DNA from: Gordius albopunctatus
Lineage: Eukaryota
Length of the DNA: 64,000 nt
Direction: 5' to 3'
Assembly (NCBI GenBank): GCA_964276515.1
Contig: OZ193910.1
Span: forward strand, 1,178,001-1,242,000
Shown in pieces: positions 26,912 through 40,439 of this stretch. A model generated the notes under the pieces. It had not been told where the DNA came from. It did no database searches and saw only the letters and a program-made list of their open reading frames with translations. Every line of letters starts with the position of its first letter. The first letter of the stretch is position 1. Both the position numbers and the translations under genes were made by a program.

Positions 26912-29900
26912 AACAATCTCAGAGATTAATTAGTTATCGCTCGCAAACAATTTTTTTTCTAAATATTATTCATTAAAATGGAAAATAAACAAGAAATTGA
27001 AGCAACTATACAGCTGAAGATACCCACATTTTATCGCAGAAATGTCAACATTTGGTTGGCCCAGGCAGAGGCCGTATTCCAGGCAAGAAGAATTACCTCC
27101 GAAAAATCAAAATTTGGTTATATTCTTGAAAAGTTACCACCCGAAATCGCTGAAGAGGTGGAGGATTTAATCATTAATATTCCAACTGATCAACCATTTC
27201 AGAAACTCAAACAAGCACTTATCAAGAGGGTTGGCGAATCAGATGAATCAAGATTGATAGAATTTCTAAAGGCAGTGGATTTAGGGGATAGATCCCCATC
27301 ACAGCTTTTACGATACATGAAGAGTTTAGTGGGAACATACGTTCTTGAACAAAAGATTCTAAAGGAACTCTGGCTCAACAAATTGCCTTGTGAACTCATT
27401 CCCATATTGGTCTCGTTTACTGAAGATACTACACTGGAGAAATTGGCTGAAACAGCCGACCGAATCGTGCTGTCAAAAAAAACAACTAATTATGTTAATA
27501 ACATTCATAACCAAAAAAACACTCCACTGATGCATACCCTAAAGAACTAACAGAGGTTTTATCTGCTCTAAATAGGACATTAGAAAAGATAGGTCAACCC
27601 CAGATCCCTTTTCCCTCTTCTGGGATTTCAAACAACAGACCATGGTGCTGGTATCATGACACCTGGGGATCAAACGCCAGGAAGTGTGTCCAACCATGTT
27701 ATTTTGGAAAAGGGTTAAAAAGGCAGGCCTACCAGTAAAGGCGATAGCTGGATTCGGCCATATCAACCATAATCGCCTTTTCTATGTTTTTGACAAAATA
27801 TTAGGTTTACGTTATCTGATTGACACGGGAGCCCAAATTAGCGTAATTCCACCGACAACAAAAACTAAAGTAACATTAAATAAATTATGTTTAAAAGCAG
27901 CTAATTCGAGCAATATAAATACTTACGGGCAAATATCGTTAACATTAGATATAGGTTTAAAAAGAGAATTTAACTGGACTTTTTTGATCGCAGACGTTCA
28001 TTCATCGATATTAGGTTCAGATTTTATATCACACTTTGGTTTAATAATTGATGTTAAAAATAAACGCATAATTAATCCACAAAATTATTCTCTAAAATTA
28101 TTGAATATAGCCAATTCATCAATGTCATCTATAAACAGTCCAATTCCATAGGATAATGATTTTTACTCTATATTAAAACAATTTCCTGATATTACAAAGC
28201 CACCAGATTTTAATGACAAAGTGAAACATAATACCCAACACCATATAATAACGAAAGGACCAGTGATACATTGTTCTCCACGACGTTTAAACCCCGAAAA
28301 ATTTAAAATAGCAAAAAAAGAATTTGAAGAGATGAGTAGATTAGGCATAATAAAACCCTCACATAGTAAATGGTCATCCCCCTTACATATGGTACCAAAA
28401 GAGACCCCAGGGATATGGCGTCCATGTGGAGATTTTAGAATGCTTAATTACGCAACAAAATCTGATAGATACCCCATTCCACATCTACATGATTTCGCTT
28501 TAAATCTAACAGGTAAATGCATTTTTTCAAAGTTGGATTTAGTAAAAGCTTACCATCAAATTCCGATGGCACCAGAGGACATCCCTAAGACCGCAATCAC
28601 AACACCTTTTGGACTGTTTGAATTTGTAAGAATGCCGTTCGGAGTGCGGAACGCAGCGCAAACATTTCAGCGCCTCATAGATGAAATTTTTAATGGTTTG
28701 GATTTTGTGTATGCTTACATCGATGATATACTTATCGCCAGTTCCACAGAAAATGAACACAAATTACACCTCCCAACAGTTTTTAAACGATTACAAACAT
28801 ACGGTATTCGCATAAATCTATCAAAATGTTCTTTGGGGGTAAAATTATTAAACTTTCTCGGTCATCATGTCGATCAAAATGGCATACGCCCCTTGTCAAA
28901 CAAAATTGATGCAATTAGGGATTTTCCAATTCCTCAAACCATGAAGAGTTTCAAACGTTTTTTAGGTATGGTCAATTTTTATAGACGTTTTATACCAAAT
29001 TGTGCTTCAATTTCGAAACCACTTACCGACTTATTAAGCAATGATGAGAAAGATATTAAAATAACGGAGGCAGAAATGAATTCATTTAATCTCTTAAAAG
29101 AAAGTATAATTAAAGCAACCAATTTAGGATTTTTGAAATCAAACAGTTGGTTAACATTAACCACAGATGCTTCGAACATAGCAGTTGGGGGAGTTTTGCA
29201 TCAGGTTAGCAATCACAAACAAGAACCATTAGCCTTTTTTTCTCAAAAATTATCAGCAGCTCAAGCACGCTATAGTACATTTAGTCGAGAATTACTAGCT
29301 ATTTTTTTGGCGATTAAACATTTCAAACACATACTAGAGGGACGCAATTTTACTATATTTACGGATCATAAACCTTTAATTTATTCTTTCCAGGCAAAAA
29401 TTGATCGTTATTCACCCAGAGAAATCCGACATTTAGATTATGTCTCTCAATTCAGCACTGACATTCGCTTTATAAAAGCTAATAGTAATATTACAGCGGA
29501 CACACTATCTCGATCAGACATAAATTCTTTAACTTTACCTATTTGTCCGAATGAGATTCAAATAGTCTTGAACCAAATGAATGATACTGAGTTATTGCTC
29601 AACACTAAATCTTTACGTCTTGTAAAATTAAAAAGCCCTGGTTGTCAAGAAGACATTCTTTGCGACATATCGACAGGTTCACCTCGACCACTTATACCAA
29701 CAAAACTAAGAAAGGATTTCTTCGATCACTTTCACTCTCTTTCACATCCCGGGATTCGAGCAACTCAAAGAATAATTACTCGCACCTTTGTGTGGCCCTC
29801 GATGAATAAAGATATTCGGAATTGGACAAAAGAATGCATAAAATGTCAAAAGTCTAAAGTGAACAAACACACAATTACTTCACCTGGCACTTTTGACGAC

Positions 29901-31016
29901 ACCGAGGAAAGGTTCAGTCACGTACATTTGGATGTGGTAGGCCCTTTGCCACCTTCATCTCACTACACCCATATTCTTACAGCCAACGATCGCTTTACGA
30001 GATGGCCAATCGCAATACCAATCAACGATATATCAGCCGAAAATTTAGCAAGAATATTTATTCAACATTGGATTGCCAACTTTGGTGTCCCAAAGATTAT
30101 AACTACTGATAGAGGTGCTAAATTTACATCCTGTTTATTTCGAGAATTATCATCCACATTAGGATTTGACCATATCAAAACTACAGCCTATCACCCGTGT
30201 TCTAATGGTTTAGTTGAGCGCTTTCATAGGCAATTAAAAGCTTCCATCATGACACAAGAAGATACGACAAAATGGAGTGAAACACTACCATTAATTCTTC
30301 TCAGCATTAGGTCGACAATTAAAGAAGATATCGGATACACCCCTTCGGAAATGGTTTATGGGACGACGTTAAGGCTACCAGGGGAATATTTTCAAAAATC
30401 GTTCATAGACTCATCAAAACCAGGTTATGTAATTAGACTTTAAGAAATAATGCAAAATTTAAAATTTTGCCCTACCAGAAGACATGATAAGAAGGAATAT
30501 ATCCCTAATAATCTAAAAACATCAGATTATGTTTTTGTGCGCAATGAAAGGGTCAGAAAATCTTTACAACCCCCATATGATGGACTCTTTAAGGTACTAA
30601 AAAGTAGAAAGAAATTTTTCATAGTGGAAAAGGGTAATAAAGAGGAAACCATATCACTTGACAGCCTTAAACCAGCATGAATCGAAACAAAAGAAGATTA
30701 TGGTAACACTTTACCTGTTCAACAACGAATTTCTAGATATGGAAGAACTATAACTATTCCACAAAATTTTTCTTATAAATTATAATCTGTATATATATAT
30801 TTTTTTAAGAGGGGGAGTATCTGTAGGGAAACAAATTACAATTACCCTGGAAAGATTTGGTTGTAATACGTACAAGGTGAAAATAGAAAGAATACAAACA
30901 CAGAATCCACTTTCATTTGAATGTTATCGTTATTTATCGCTATATAAACTCACTCTTTTATAAGTTTTGGATCATTGTTCTTTTATGGTGTAATAAATTA
31001 TATTCCTCCTCTTTCA
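26912..31016 (+). mobile_element. Ty3/Gypsy LTR retrotransposon (gag, PR, RT, RNase H, IN) with 3' LTR 30822-31016 and no 5' LTR
   Basis: gag 26978-27550. Protease LIDTGA. RT YIDDILI. RNase H TDAS, ELLA, TDHKPL. Integrase HHCC and D,D-E. In-frame stops at 28149 and 30441. Polypurine tract agagggggag lies just before the TG...CA LTR. Confidence 0.95.
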
Positions 31017-31617
31017 CCGTAGGTAGTGTTTAAGCCTATAATTTTGTAATATTTAATAATGCTATGGATTTAAATATGTGATAAAGATATTATAAAATTA
31101 TTCACATACCCTAATGGTCAACAATATTTAGATAAATGTTGGAAAAAATAAAATATTTACAGGAATTTATTTAATGTCAAATATATTCCATAAGTATTGA
31201 TTTACACTTAATACCTTAAATGTAAATCATGTAAATTAAAATACACAATAATTTACTAAAATATAACGATAAAAAAAGTAGAGACCTCGCCGAAAAAATC
31301 TCGTATCGTCTCGTCTCGACATCAAAATTCTCGTCTCGATCTTGACTCCATTTTTCGAATTCTCGTCTTGTCTCGAGACGAGGCCAAGATTTTTCTCGGT
31401 TTTTCCTCATCACTAAAAATTAGTACGTAAGCAGGGGGTTGGGGTTATATTGAAAACTTAATTATGGAACTATTCTCCCATTGGCAATAAAATTTATAAA
31501 AATTTTCGATATATGTAAAACGTCAATGATATTAATACCCTTGTTAGTGTTGCCGTGATATAATTCAAAATCGAATACTAAGGGTATTTATAAAAATCTT
31601 TTGGTCCCTATTGCGTG

Positions 31618-33764
31618 TTTAATGACAAACGAATAGCTATTCTAAGAAGCGAATCTATTGACGTCCATTATTTTAAGAATCAAATCCATTGACGTCAATC
31701 GGAAGTCAATGACGTCTGGGAAACTTAATTCTATTTCTAAGGCCTTCCCAGAAAATAATCATCCTTCATGGAAGCGCATCGATTAATTAAATCTTCCAGG
31801 AATATTATCGATTTTTCCAATAATAACGATTATGTATTTTAACTAATATATAAACGCGCTGGGTACGCAACATGAGAAGTCTTGTAAGTTATATAATATC
31901 GGCGTTTGAATAAAACAAAGTAACTATCACTAAGAACGTTACAATTGGTGACCCCTTAGGGGGGGGGGCAAAAAATTTTTAAATTTCCACCAACCCACCC
32001 CCTCGAGAACTACCTTTTGGTAATATTTTCGGCACTTAAGGGATCGCATATAAAACGTCACAAATTATTCGTTAAAATCCCTATTCACACAACTATGCCG
32101 TACAACAAGGAATTATCAACGCCACCAAGGAACTTATTCAGGACAATTAGGACATACCTGGCAATTAAATGGAAACACAAGATTTGCTATTTCTTACCAC
32201 CGACCCATCCATCTCGGACAACAATATCCCACTTGTGGAAACTGTAAAACAGGAATCATCTGTATACATAAACCTTCCTGAATTCCACTCGAGGAATATT
32301 CAAATATGGATATCCCAAATAGACGCTCTTTTTACAACAAGAAGGATAAAATACCAAAAAGTAAATTATGCGTATTTATTGGTATCCCTCTCCGCGGATG
32401 TGGCCGAAGAGATATAGAAAAACTAGGTGATTTGCAATGCATCGCTACTACCACCACCGAATCAATTACTGATGTCAAACAATCTGGGTTATCGTCATAG
32501 GCATTTCGCCACGGAAAAACAACCGTTACATCTACTTGACAGTATACAATGTAACTTTTCGACAGACGAGCTTCCCTACAACATACAACACTGACACACT
32601 TTTATCAGTTGGTTCGTAAATAAAAGCGATATTTTATTTTGCAACATTTTACAAATTAATCACCACTAAATTCAGTGACCTGAAAACAATGGCAACTTCA
32701 ACAATTTTACGAGGCCTAACAAATCATTTTTTAAGCGCAACTGAAAGCAGTGCACATGGACTTTTTATTCGATTGCACTTTGCTTACTAAAAAAACGTCC
32801 ACATCTTTAACCTAACCAACTTACAATTTTATTTCACCTGGTTGGCAAACATATTAACACTCCATTAACACAAATCGTGAACCTCTAATCGATTCCGGAG
32901 CTAGGATGGATCCAAATAAAATAAATATTCACGACTAATGGCAACAGCTGATTTTATTTGCCAATTACGCAAACACGACACACGCCATCATATTTCAACG
33001 GAGTGACCAATCTACAAATTCTAGGTTAATATTTTTTACAACAACCTGAGTTACTGCAACGATCAAAAATGCAAATACATCATTTTGTGGAAAAACTAAC
33101 ACAAAAAATGGCCACAAAAAGTCCAAACTCTATACTGAGATTATTGCAACAAAATAACAAATTAGACACCACCTATTGGAAACACTTTGCTTCACAAAAA
33201 AATACCCTGCACAAAAACCCACTTTCTTCACCTTCCGACTACACAAATTTTTTTTCTCTCGCCGATCGAACACAAAATCAATCAGCAGAAACAACTATAG
33301 AGGTTAAAAATCCACAGAAAGTGACACGTAAGGGCAGATAGGTTTATTGGCCGAGAAAACTTCGCGAATATTTCACATAATTCACATTTTTTCCCCTTTT
33401 AATCGATACATTATCAATGTATCTGGGAAGAGAGTATCTGTAGTGACAAACGAATAGCTATTCTAAGAAGCGAATCCATTGATGTCAATTATTTTAAGAA
33501 TCGAATCCATTGACGTCAATCGGAAGTCAATGACGTCTGGGAAACTTAATTCTATTTCTAAGGCCTTGCCAGAAAATAATCATCCTTCATGGAAGCGCAT
33601 CGATTAATTAAATCTTCCAGGAATATTATCGATTTTTCCAATAATAATCATTATTTATTTTAACTAATATATAAATGGTCTGGGTACGCAACATAAGGAG
33701 TCTTGTAAGTTATATAATATCGGCGTTTGAATAAAACAAAGTAACTATCACTAAGAACGTTACA
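31618..33764 (+). mobile_element. Non-autonomous LTR retroelement: LTRs 31618-31943 and 33439-33764, decayed gag-like interior
   Basis: About 326-bp direct repeats ending in ACA. 4-bp TSD CGTG. PBS TGGTGACCCC at 31946. PPT gggaagagag. Gag-like fragment LPEFHSRNIQIWISQIDALFTTRRI. Confidence 0.9.
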
Positions 33765-34783
33765 CGTGTTATAAAATGTAGAGAAATTTTACTCTTCATC
33801 CTGTATCTAAAAATATCATAACTTTTTAAATATAAGATGAAGTTGCTACTACTAGCTAAATTTTATTGAGAAAGATAATTCAAAATAAAACTTTTCTGAG
33901 CTTAGCATGCTTATTGCGGACTATTCCTTGTTTTCTTGTAAAAAGAATAAAAATAAAATACGAATAACACAGTTATACAAAGAATTCATTGCAATCGGAA
34001 AATTTTGCGCTGAATAATAATATGTTTTTAGAATTTTTCTGTAAACGAGGTTGAAGGTGCAAAAATGGTCATTTTAACCTTTTTTACGGTTATAATTTAT
34101 ATTGAAAAACATTAACATATTCGTGTAGATAAAAATTACTTCTATAGGTCCATTAATTTATTCTTTTTGTTTAACCTCTCTAATGAAATTTACTCGCATT
34201 TAGTTAAACCTCTTCCCCTTTTCAAAATTCGTACCAATATGTCTGGAAAATGGAGGACAATACAGTACATACTGCGTTCTCGATGCTAAATAATACATCC
34301 CTCTCTCCCTTCACTTACTCCCCTCTCTTTCTCCTCCACTCGCACTCTCTTTATGTGTGCTTGGCTAAATATAGGGCGGGAGTTGAAGTCAAGCTAAATT
34401 TTTAAGAAAATTTAGTTATATTTTGGTAAAATTATATATTTTTTAGATAAAAACTTAGTAAATATTTTTAAAACCCAATAAAAAGTGACAAAATAATATA
34501 CATAAAAACTTAATAACACACTCTACAAAAAATCTTATTGAATTCGAATTTCTTGAATTCTTTCATGGTGCCCGCCAGAAAATTTAAATATACGACAGTG
34601 GCTTGACTCGTAGGCTGAACTTTTCTCACCTCTCATAATTATTACATTATTAATGAAGTATTCACTCTTCTGAGAAAGTTATAGGTACGCGCCTGAAAGT
34701 TATAAGTCCGTTAAGTCAATATTGTAATGCGATTTTAGCAATCCGCTATCTTTTAGAACAACTATTTAATCATCTGTTTTAAA

Positions 34784-35793
34784 ATGAATCCTAATTTTCA
34801 ATTTTCCAGACACCAACCTCAAATGGTCAATGTACCGATTGGTAAATTAATTTCTGCATCAATTATATTTAATAGAATCTATTGCAAATTTACAATTGCC
34901 TCCATACCCTGCTGCCTACCAACAATCATACCATACAAATGCTGATTATAGCTGTAAGAATACTATCTATATTTGTTAGTTCCTCTTAAGCAAATTACAC
35001 ACACACGTTGCCAAATTATGGTAGAAATTCAGATCAACCTTTGTCAGCACCACCTCCTAATATATCTTCTCATGTTTCAATCAATATGCGCTCACCTATG
35101 ACTCCTTTGGTCCCTCATAATTTAAATAGTCAAATATCTGTTAACCCAGAAAACAAAAGTCTACCATATAAATCTGATACCATATCAAATATCAAGTATT
35201 CCCTTGCACAGCTAAAAGATGCCTTGAAAGTATTTATCTTAACATAACGCTATGATTTATTAACAACAATTTTGAAAATGTTAGTGCATTTTTAATGCAT
35301 GTGGATCTTTTTCAAATTATGAAACTGCCCTTGAAGAATTAAAGTAAGCTGCTTACATATTAAATTAAAATTTTAGTAATTTCATGCCAACCAATGAAAG
35401 CCAATCAATTGATCAATGTTTGCATAAGACATTATCATTAATTGATTTGATGGAGCTAAATATGGTATATAATTTAGTTATATATAAATAATTATGATTA
35501 GAAAATAGCCTTAGACCACTTAGTTGCCACACAAGAAAGCTTAAAAAATTCTCCAACCCCTGTTTTATTATCCACAAAGTCTACAAATGCTGATTTATCC
35601 TATAATCCTCAAGAAAATTCATTAAACACAATGAGTATTTTTTATTTATTAGGATTTAATTTTTTTAGATTTAACGTACCAAAATTATTTGTATCAAACA
35701 AATATGCAGGTATCATTATGTCAACAAGTCAAGGACACATTATTAGAATGCTTAAAAAATTTAGAATTAAAAAGGAAAGTTGGGGATATTTAA
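34784..35793 (+). CDS. MED29: Mediator subunit 29 (Intersex), 7 exons
   Basis: The spliced product contains DTISNIKYSLAQLKDALK...IDLMELNMKIALDHLVATQESLKNSPTPVLLSTK...LTYQNYLYQTNMQVSLCQQVKDTLLEC, collinear with MED29 motifs. Introns are 33-55 nt. Confidence 0.75.
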
Positions 35794-37204
35794 TTTTCTC
35801 ATCATAAATATTGTATTAAAAATGAAATATACCAATTTATTACAATACTTTAAAGTTTATTAATTAAAAATCTAATTTACAAATTTATATTTTTTTACTT
35901 TCACCAAAAAATGAATAAAATGTCTGTTTATTATAAATAATTCATTGCAAAGCATTGAAATTTATTTGTTTAAACTTTTGTATTAGCTTAGATTTTTTGT
36001 ACAATCTTAAATTTATCTATACTGCCTATGTATTAATTTACTAAATTAACCTTTTACTATAATTCAAAGTTGGAAAATTATTTAATCATATTTTTACAGT
36101 AGTTTGTTATCTCTTTCAACAAAAACTGTTGAGCAAAACTAGCAAACAAGTTTGCCTTAATAGATAGTATAATCCTATAAATTTATAAAGAATTATAAAT
36201 TAGCTTTTGGTCTATAAAAGGATTAATAAAAGAAATTAAGACCATGCAAAATGCTTTTCCTCAGCCCAAATCTCACCTCAACCAATCATTTTATTGTAAC
36301 CTTATGAAAATTTTAATGTACCATAACAAGAATAAATATATATATTCTTTGATTGTTTATAGTATGTTTTTGAGAAATATCAAAATCTATGTTAAAAAAC
36401 TATAAATAACATTTGCCTAGATGATTTTTGATGATATTTTTTAAAGCTTTTCCCAAAAATCTGTTGGCTTCTATGTATATTGGACCACCCTAAAATGGCC
36501 AAGTATTTTTTAACTAACCATATTTTATAAAATATTTAATTCAATAAATACATAGGAAAAATAGCTAAATTAAAAAAAGTTATAATAGTGACTGAAATTA
36601 TGAATTTGATAAATTTATCTTATAAACTTTGAAAAAAACATTTGCATAAATTGTGAATCATTCATTTATGTTTAGTTTAGAGCTAAAACCCTTATTTTTC
36701 AGGTGACAATGTAAAATCAAAAGGTTTTTATGAAATATAATATTATTCAACACCGCTATCAACCATAAATTTGTCCATAGTTAATTGTATATTAATATAC
36801 ATATATTATTTTTTATAATAATTTAAAAAACTTATTTATTGGTCATTTATAGAATAATAAAAGCTTTTGGACTTATATAAAGTCTGGCACAGGGCACTTG
36901 AACTAAAGTTATATATTTTACTAATATTAGTTAAACTGGGTTATAAGTAGTAATATATAAATTAGTGATGATGCTCTTATTGTTAATGAGATGTTTATCT
37001 ATATTTGAGTATAAATACAAGATAGAATTTAAATTTCAATTGAAATAGATTTTATAAAATGGTAATAACTCTACAATTTTAAATCTTTTAAATATAGTGT
37101 TTATATAATATTAAATCTCAATGAACCTTTGTTTTATAATTATTACGTAAATTAAACTCAAACTCATATTTTGATATTTGAATTAAAAGAGCAAATTGAG
37201 ATGT

Positions 37205-37701
37205 TTAAAATTTATGTCCTAATGATGGAGTAATTTGGCGCATATCTTCAGGTTTTATAGAGTTGAGTTGTTTAAGGAACTGATCCGGCAAAATACTTTT
37301 TCTAATAGTTAATCATATATATATGTAACAGTAAATAAATTTACTTTGGATTTTCATTGGGTGAGTTAAAATTGGTAGGCAATTGTTTTTGTTGATAATT
37401 TGAATGACCAATATAAGTAATAATAGGTGGATCAACTTCGCGGCGAGCGTCCCTCAAATAATAATAGTTATCACTAAGTTTATCATGTGGACCTGGAGGA
37501 AGATTAGGGGGAGCTTCAAACCTATATAATGATACATTTAAATATTTAAAATACCTAGGTGATATGAGTTGCGCATAACGCATATTGGTAATAAATTTTC
37601 TCTAAAATATTATATAAAAAATTAATATAGATTACCCCTGTAAGCCAATTGATTAAATTTATAACGAAAGTCGAATAAACTGCTGGTGATTCTTTTCCCA
37701 T
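37205..37701 (-). CDS. NDUFA7: NADH:ubiquinone oxidoreductase subunit A7 (B14.5a), 4 exons
   Basis: [53 protein letters not shown] is the NDUFA7 signature. Confidence 0.9.
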
Positions 37702-37899
37702 CTCATATGTTAATGACAATTTGTAACATTCATCCGCTAGAGTACTCCTGAAAATTCAAATCCCTAACGCTAGAGTTTTCTAACTTTTAAACCATTACTT
37801 ATATAGACCACTCTAAATATGTGTTTATAAAGTTTTCTTGATGGTTTTTGCTAAATACATTAATTATATTTAACTATACTTACCTTTCATGATTTACAT

Positions 37900-38333
37900 C
37901 AGAGGTCAGATTTGTTACAATTTTTCTGCCCGAACCCAGCCCGGCCCGATTTTATAATTAATCTGCCCGCCCGAACCTTTCTATGTGTCCGCCCGGCAAT
38001 GCCCGAATTATCCCAGCTGCCAGGCCCGAAATGGTGTGTTTTAAAATTTTTAGCACTAATATCGTTATATTTTTTAAAAATTTTATCTTAATTTTTGATT
38101 TTTTTTTATTGAGAACTGGATTAACAAACATTATGGAATCAATTTAAAAAGTGGCAAAATATAAATAAAAACAATATAATACATTATTTTAAAAACAAAA
38201 TTGAGCCCAAATTGCCCGAATCTTGTTATGGTGCCCGCCCGGGCCCCCCCGAAAGTTAAAATTTATGACAGTTGCCTGGCCCTTGGGCCGGACGGGTAGG
38301 TTCGGGCAGCGGGCCGGGCAAATCTGGTCTTTG
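37900..38333. mobile_element. hAT-like MITE with 8-bp TSD
   Basis: TIR cagaggtcagatttg / caaatctggtctttg, TSD ATTTACAT on both sides. Inserted into a fragment of the 25099/56785 MITE family. Confidence 0.8.
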
Positions 38334-40439
38334 ATTTACATTTAAGGTATTAAGTGTAAATCAATATATATGGAATATATTTGATATTAAAAAAATTCCA
38401 AGTAGTAAATATTATATATTTTTGCAAAAAATTCAAAATTTGGCATCCATTTACCTAAGCATAGTTATGGCCCATGTGGCGGTTCTATACACATAGTTTC
38501 ATTTTTATATATAAGATTTATTTTGGAAATTTGTCTAGGTTGTTAATTTATAACGGATGAATGCGAAACTGGCTAAATAATTCCCTACAAATGAATGCTG
38601 ACCGTTGCTAACTTCTACTTTATCTGACCCAGGCCAAATTCCAAAATTTATATACTCATTATCATTAAGAATTTTAAAAATTTATTTTTACAAGTTAATT
38701 TTATCACTATTTTCTCTAATAATTTAAAATGGTGTCAAAGCAAAAAAGCTAAGTAGTTTTATTAAAACATTATAACCTTAAATAAGGGTTTTAAAAGTTT
38801 ATTTGGATTATATGGTTTTATGTATCCTGAAGTGCCACTTGTAAAAAAAATTTTCCATGTAGGTCGTTTCTTAAAAGATAGAAGAACTCGAGTGACCGGG
38901 AATTACAAATTTTTTATTTATAAACTATTTTTATTAATATTTTTAACACAAACATATTTTTTGCCATATCGATAAAAAAAATTAAACAAAAAAATAAAAA
39001 AATTTTACGGGCTCGGGCCGGGTCGGTCTTTGAAATTTTTATAAACATGCCCGTTGCAGGTCTTTAATACATAATGTAGCATCCAAGTGAGTTTGTCCAG
39101 CCAAATTTAGATTTTAAACAGCAGGTACTTGTTCCACATCAACTAAATCTAAAATTATTATTATTATCTAACTATAATCATTTAAAAATCTTACCAGCAA
39201 CAGGTTCTTGTTCTACATGATTAACTTTTTTGACACAGAATTTAAATATTGCGCCTTTTCTTTTATTCAAATTGATCGAGGAATTCATATGAAATGCATA
39301 AGTTTTATAACCACAAGAAAAATCCCGAAAAAATATATTAACGCGTAAAAATACTTAATGGTGTTGAATATAAGTGCTCATAGTTCATTGAGTAACACTC
39401 ATTTCATAATATTTATTAAATAATGCGAAATTAGAAAATAAAAAATACTTTTTCGAACCCGGGTTCAACCCCCCCCCCCCCTTGCGTACGCGGTACAAAT
39501 AAGTTATTACTTAATAATATATTAACTTTTATATTTCTAAAGACGTTTAACCTTCTAACATAATCATATACATCTCTTTCATTTAGCAAAAAGATGTAAG
39601 GAATTTCAACTTATTATTCCATCCATTTTGTATGAGTCATTTTAAATTTTGTTAAAGGTTTAGGTTAATTAAGAAAGATCGAAAAATTAATAGTTTATAG
39701 AAGTTAAAGAACAAAGATTTTCTGGTCAATTTTATCCATGGGCGTAGCTAACATTTCAATTAGAGGGGGGGGGGGCAATATTTATTTAGGGAGGGGCAAA
39801 ATAATCATTTTAAAAATTTTTAACCATAATTTTAACAATTTTTTGGATTTAGAGAGGGCAGCCACCACTCCCTCCCTTCTCACCCTTGGCTACGCCCATT
39901 TGTATCGAAATAGTACACCGCCTCCTGCCATAGCAGGGAACATGTTTGTTATATTAATTTATGCACATTTCAAATAGTAATTCAAACTACCGCTACAATT
40001 CCTCTCAAGAGATCATTTATCTCATGATGCATGGAAATATGGTAATACATGAAAATCTTTTCTATTATTACAAAAAAAGGTTATTGTTAAATCCTTATCC
40101 TATGATAGTTTTATTAAAACTATAATATAATCGTTACCCTAACTCCTATAATATAACGATTATTTGAAAAAGATACAAGTTGGACAGGACACGACATGAC
40201 AACCAAAAGCGAACCCATAAATTGCATAGCAATTAATATCACCTTTTTTGTAATAGATCGAAAGTAATAGTAAACTATACATGAGTAATCAAAACGGCTC
40301 AAAAATGTGTATCATGAGCAGTAATGAATTATGATAAGCCTATATACGTGCAAGTTTATCCTACGACTCGTTTTCCTCAAATTAAGATTGATACCGTGGA
40401 AGTTGTTTATGAAACACCATCAAGTCTTAATGTAGCAGC

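Larger units (their letters stand above)
25099..31415. mobile_element. hAT-like MITE (tagtg...cacta, ctcgt-rich ends) interrupted by RTE and Gypsy insertions
   Basis: Ends tagtg and cacta, near-perfect 8-bp TSD aaaatcag/aaaattag. 31031-31415 is homologous to 56785-57137 in inverted orientation. Confidence 0.75.

Noticed and set aside
34954..34979. Apparent 26-nt intron in MED29
   Set aside because: That acceptor leads to a stop. The AG at 34990 (37-nt intron) keeps the frame.
36060..37010. Exon-like gt/ag segments on the minus strand between MED29 and NDUFA7
   Set aside because: I could not assemble a phase-consistent ORF with a start codon.
39090..39292. Two-exon short reading frame on the minus strand (MNSSINLNKRKGAIFKFCVKK...)
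   Set aside because: It stops after about 40 codons and is probably a transposon remnant.
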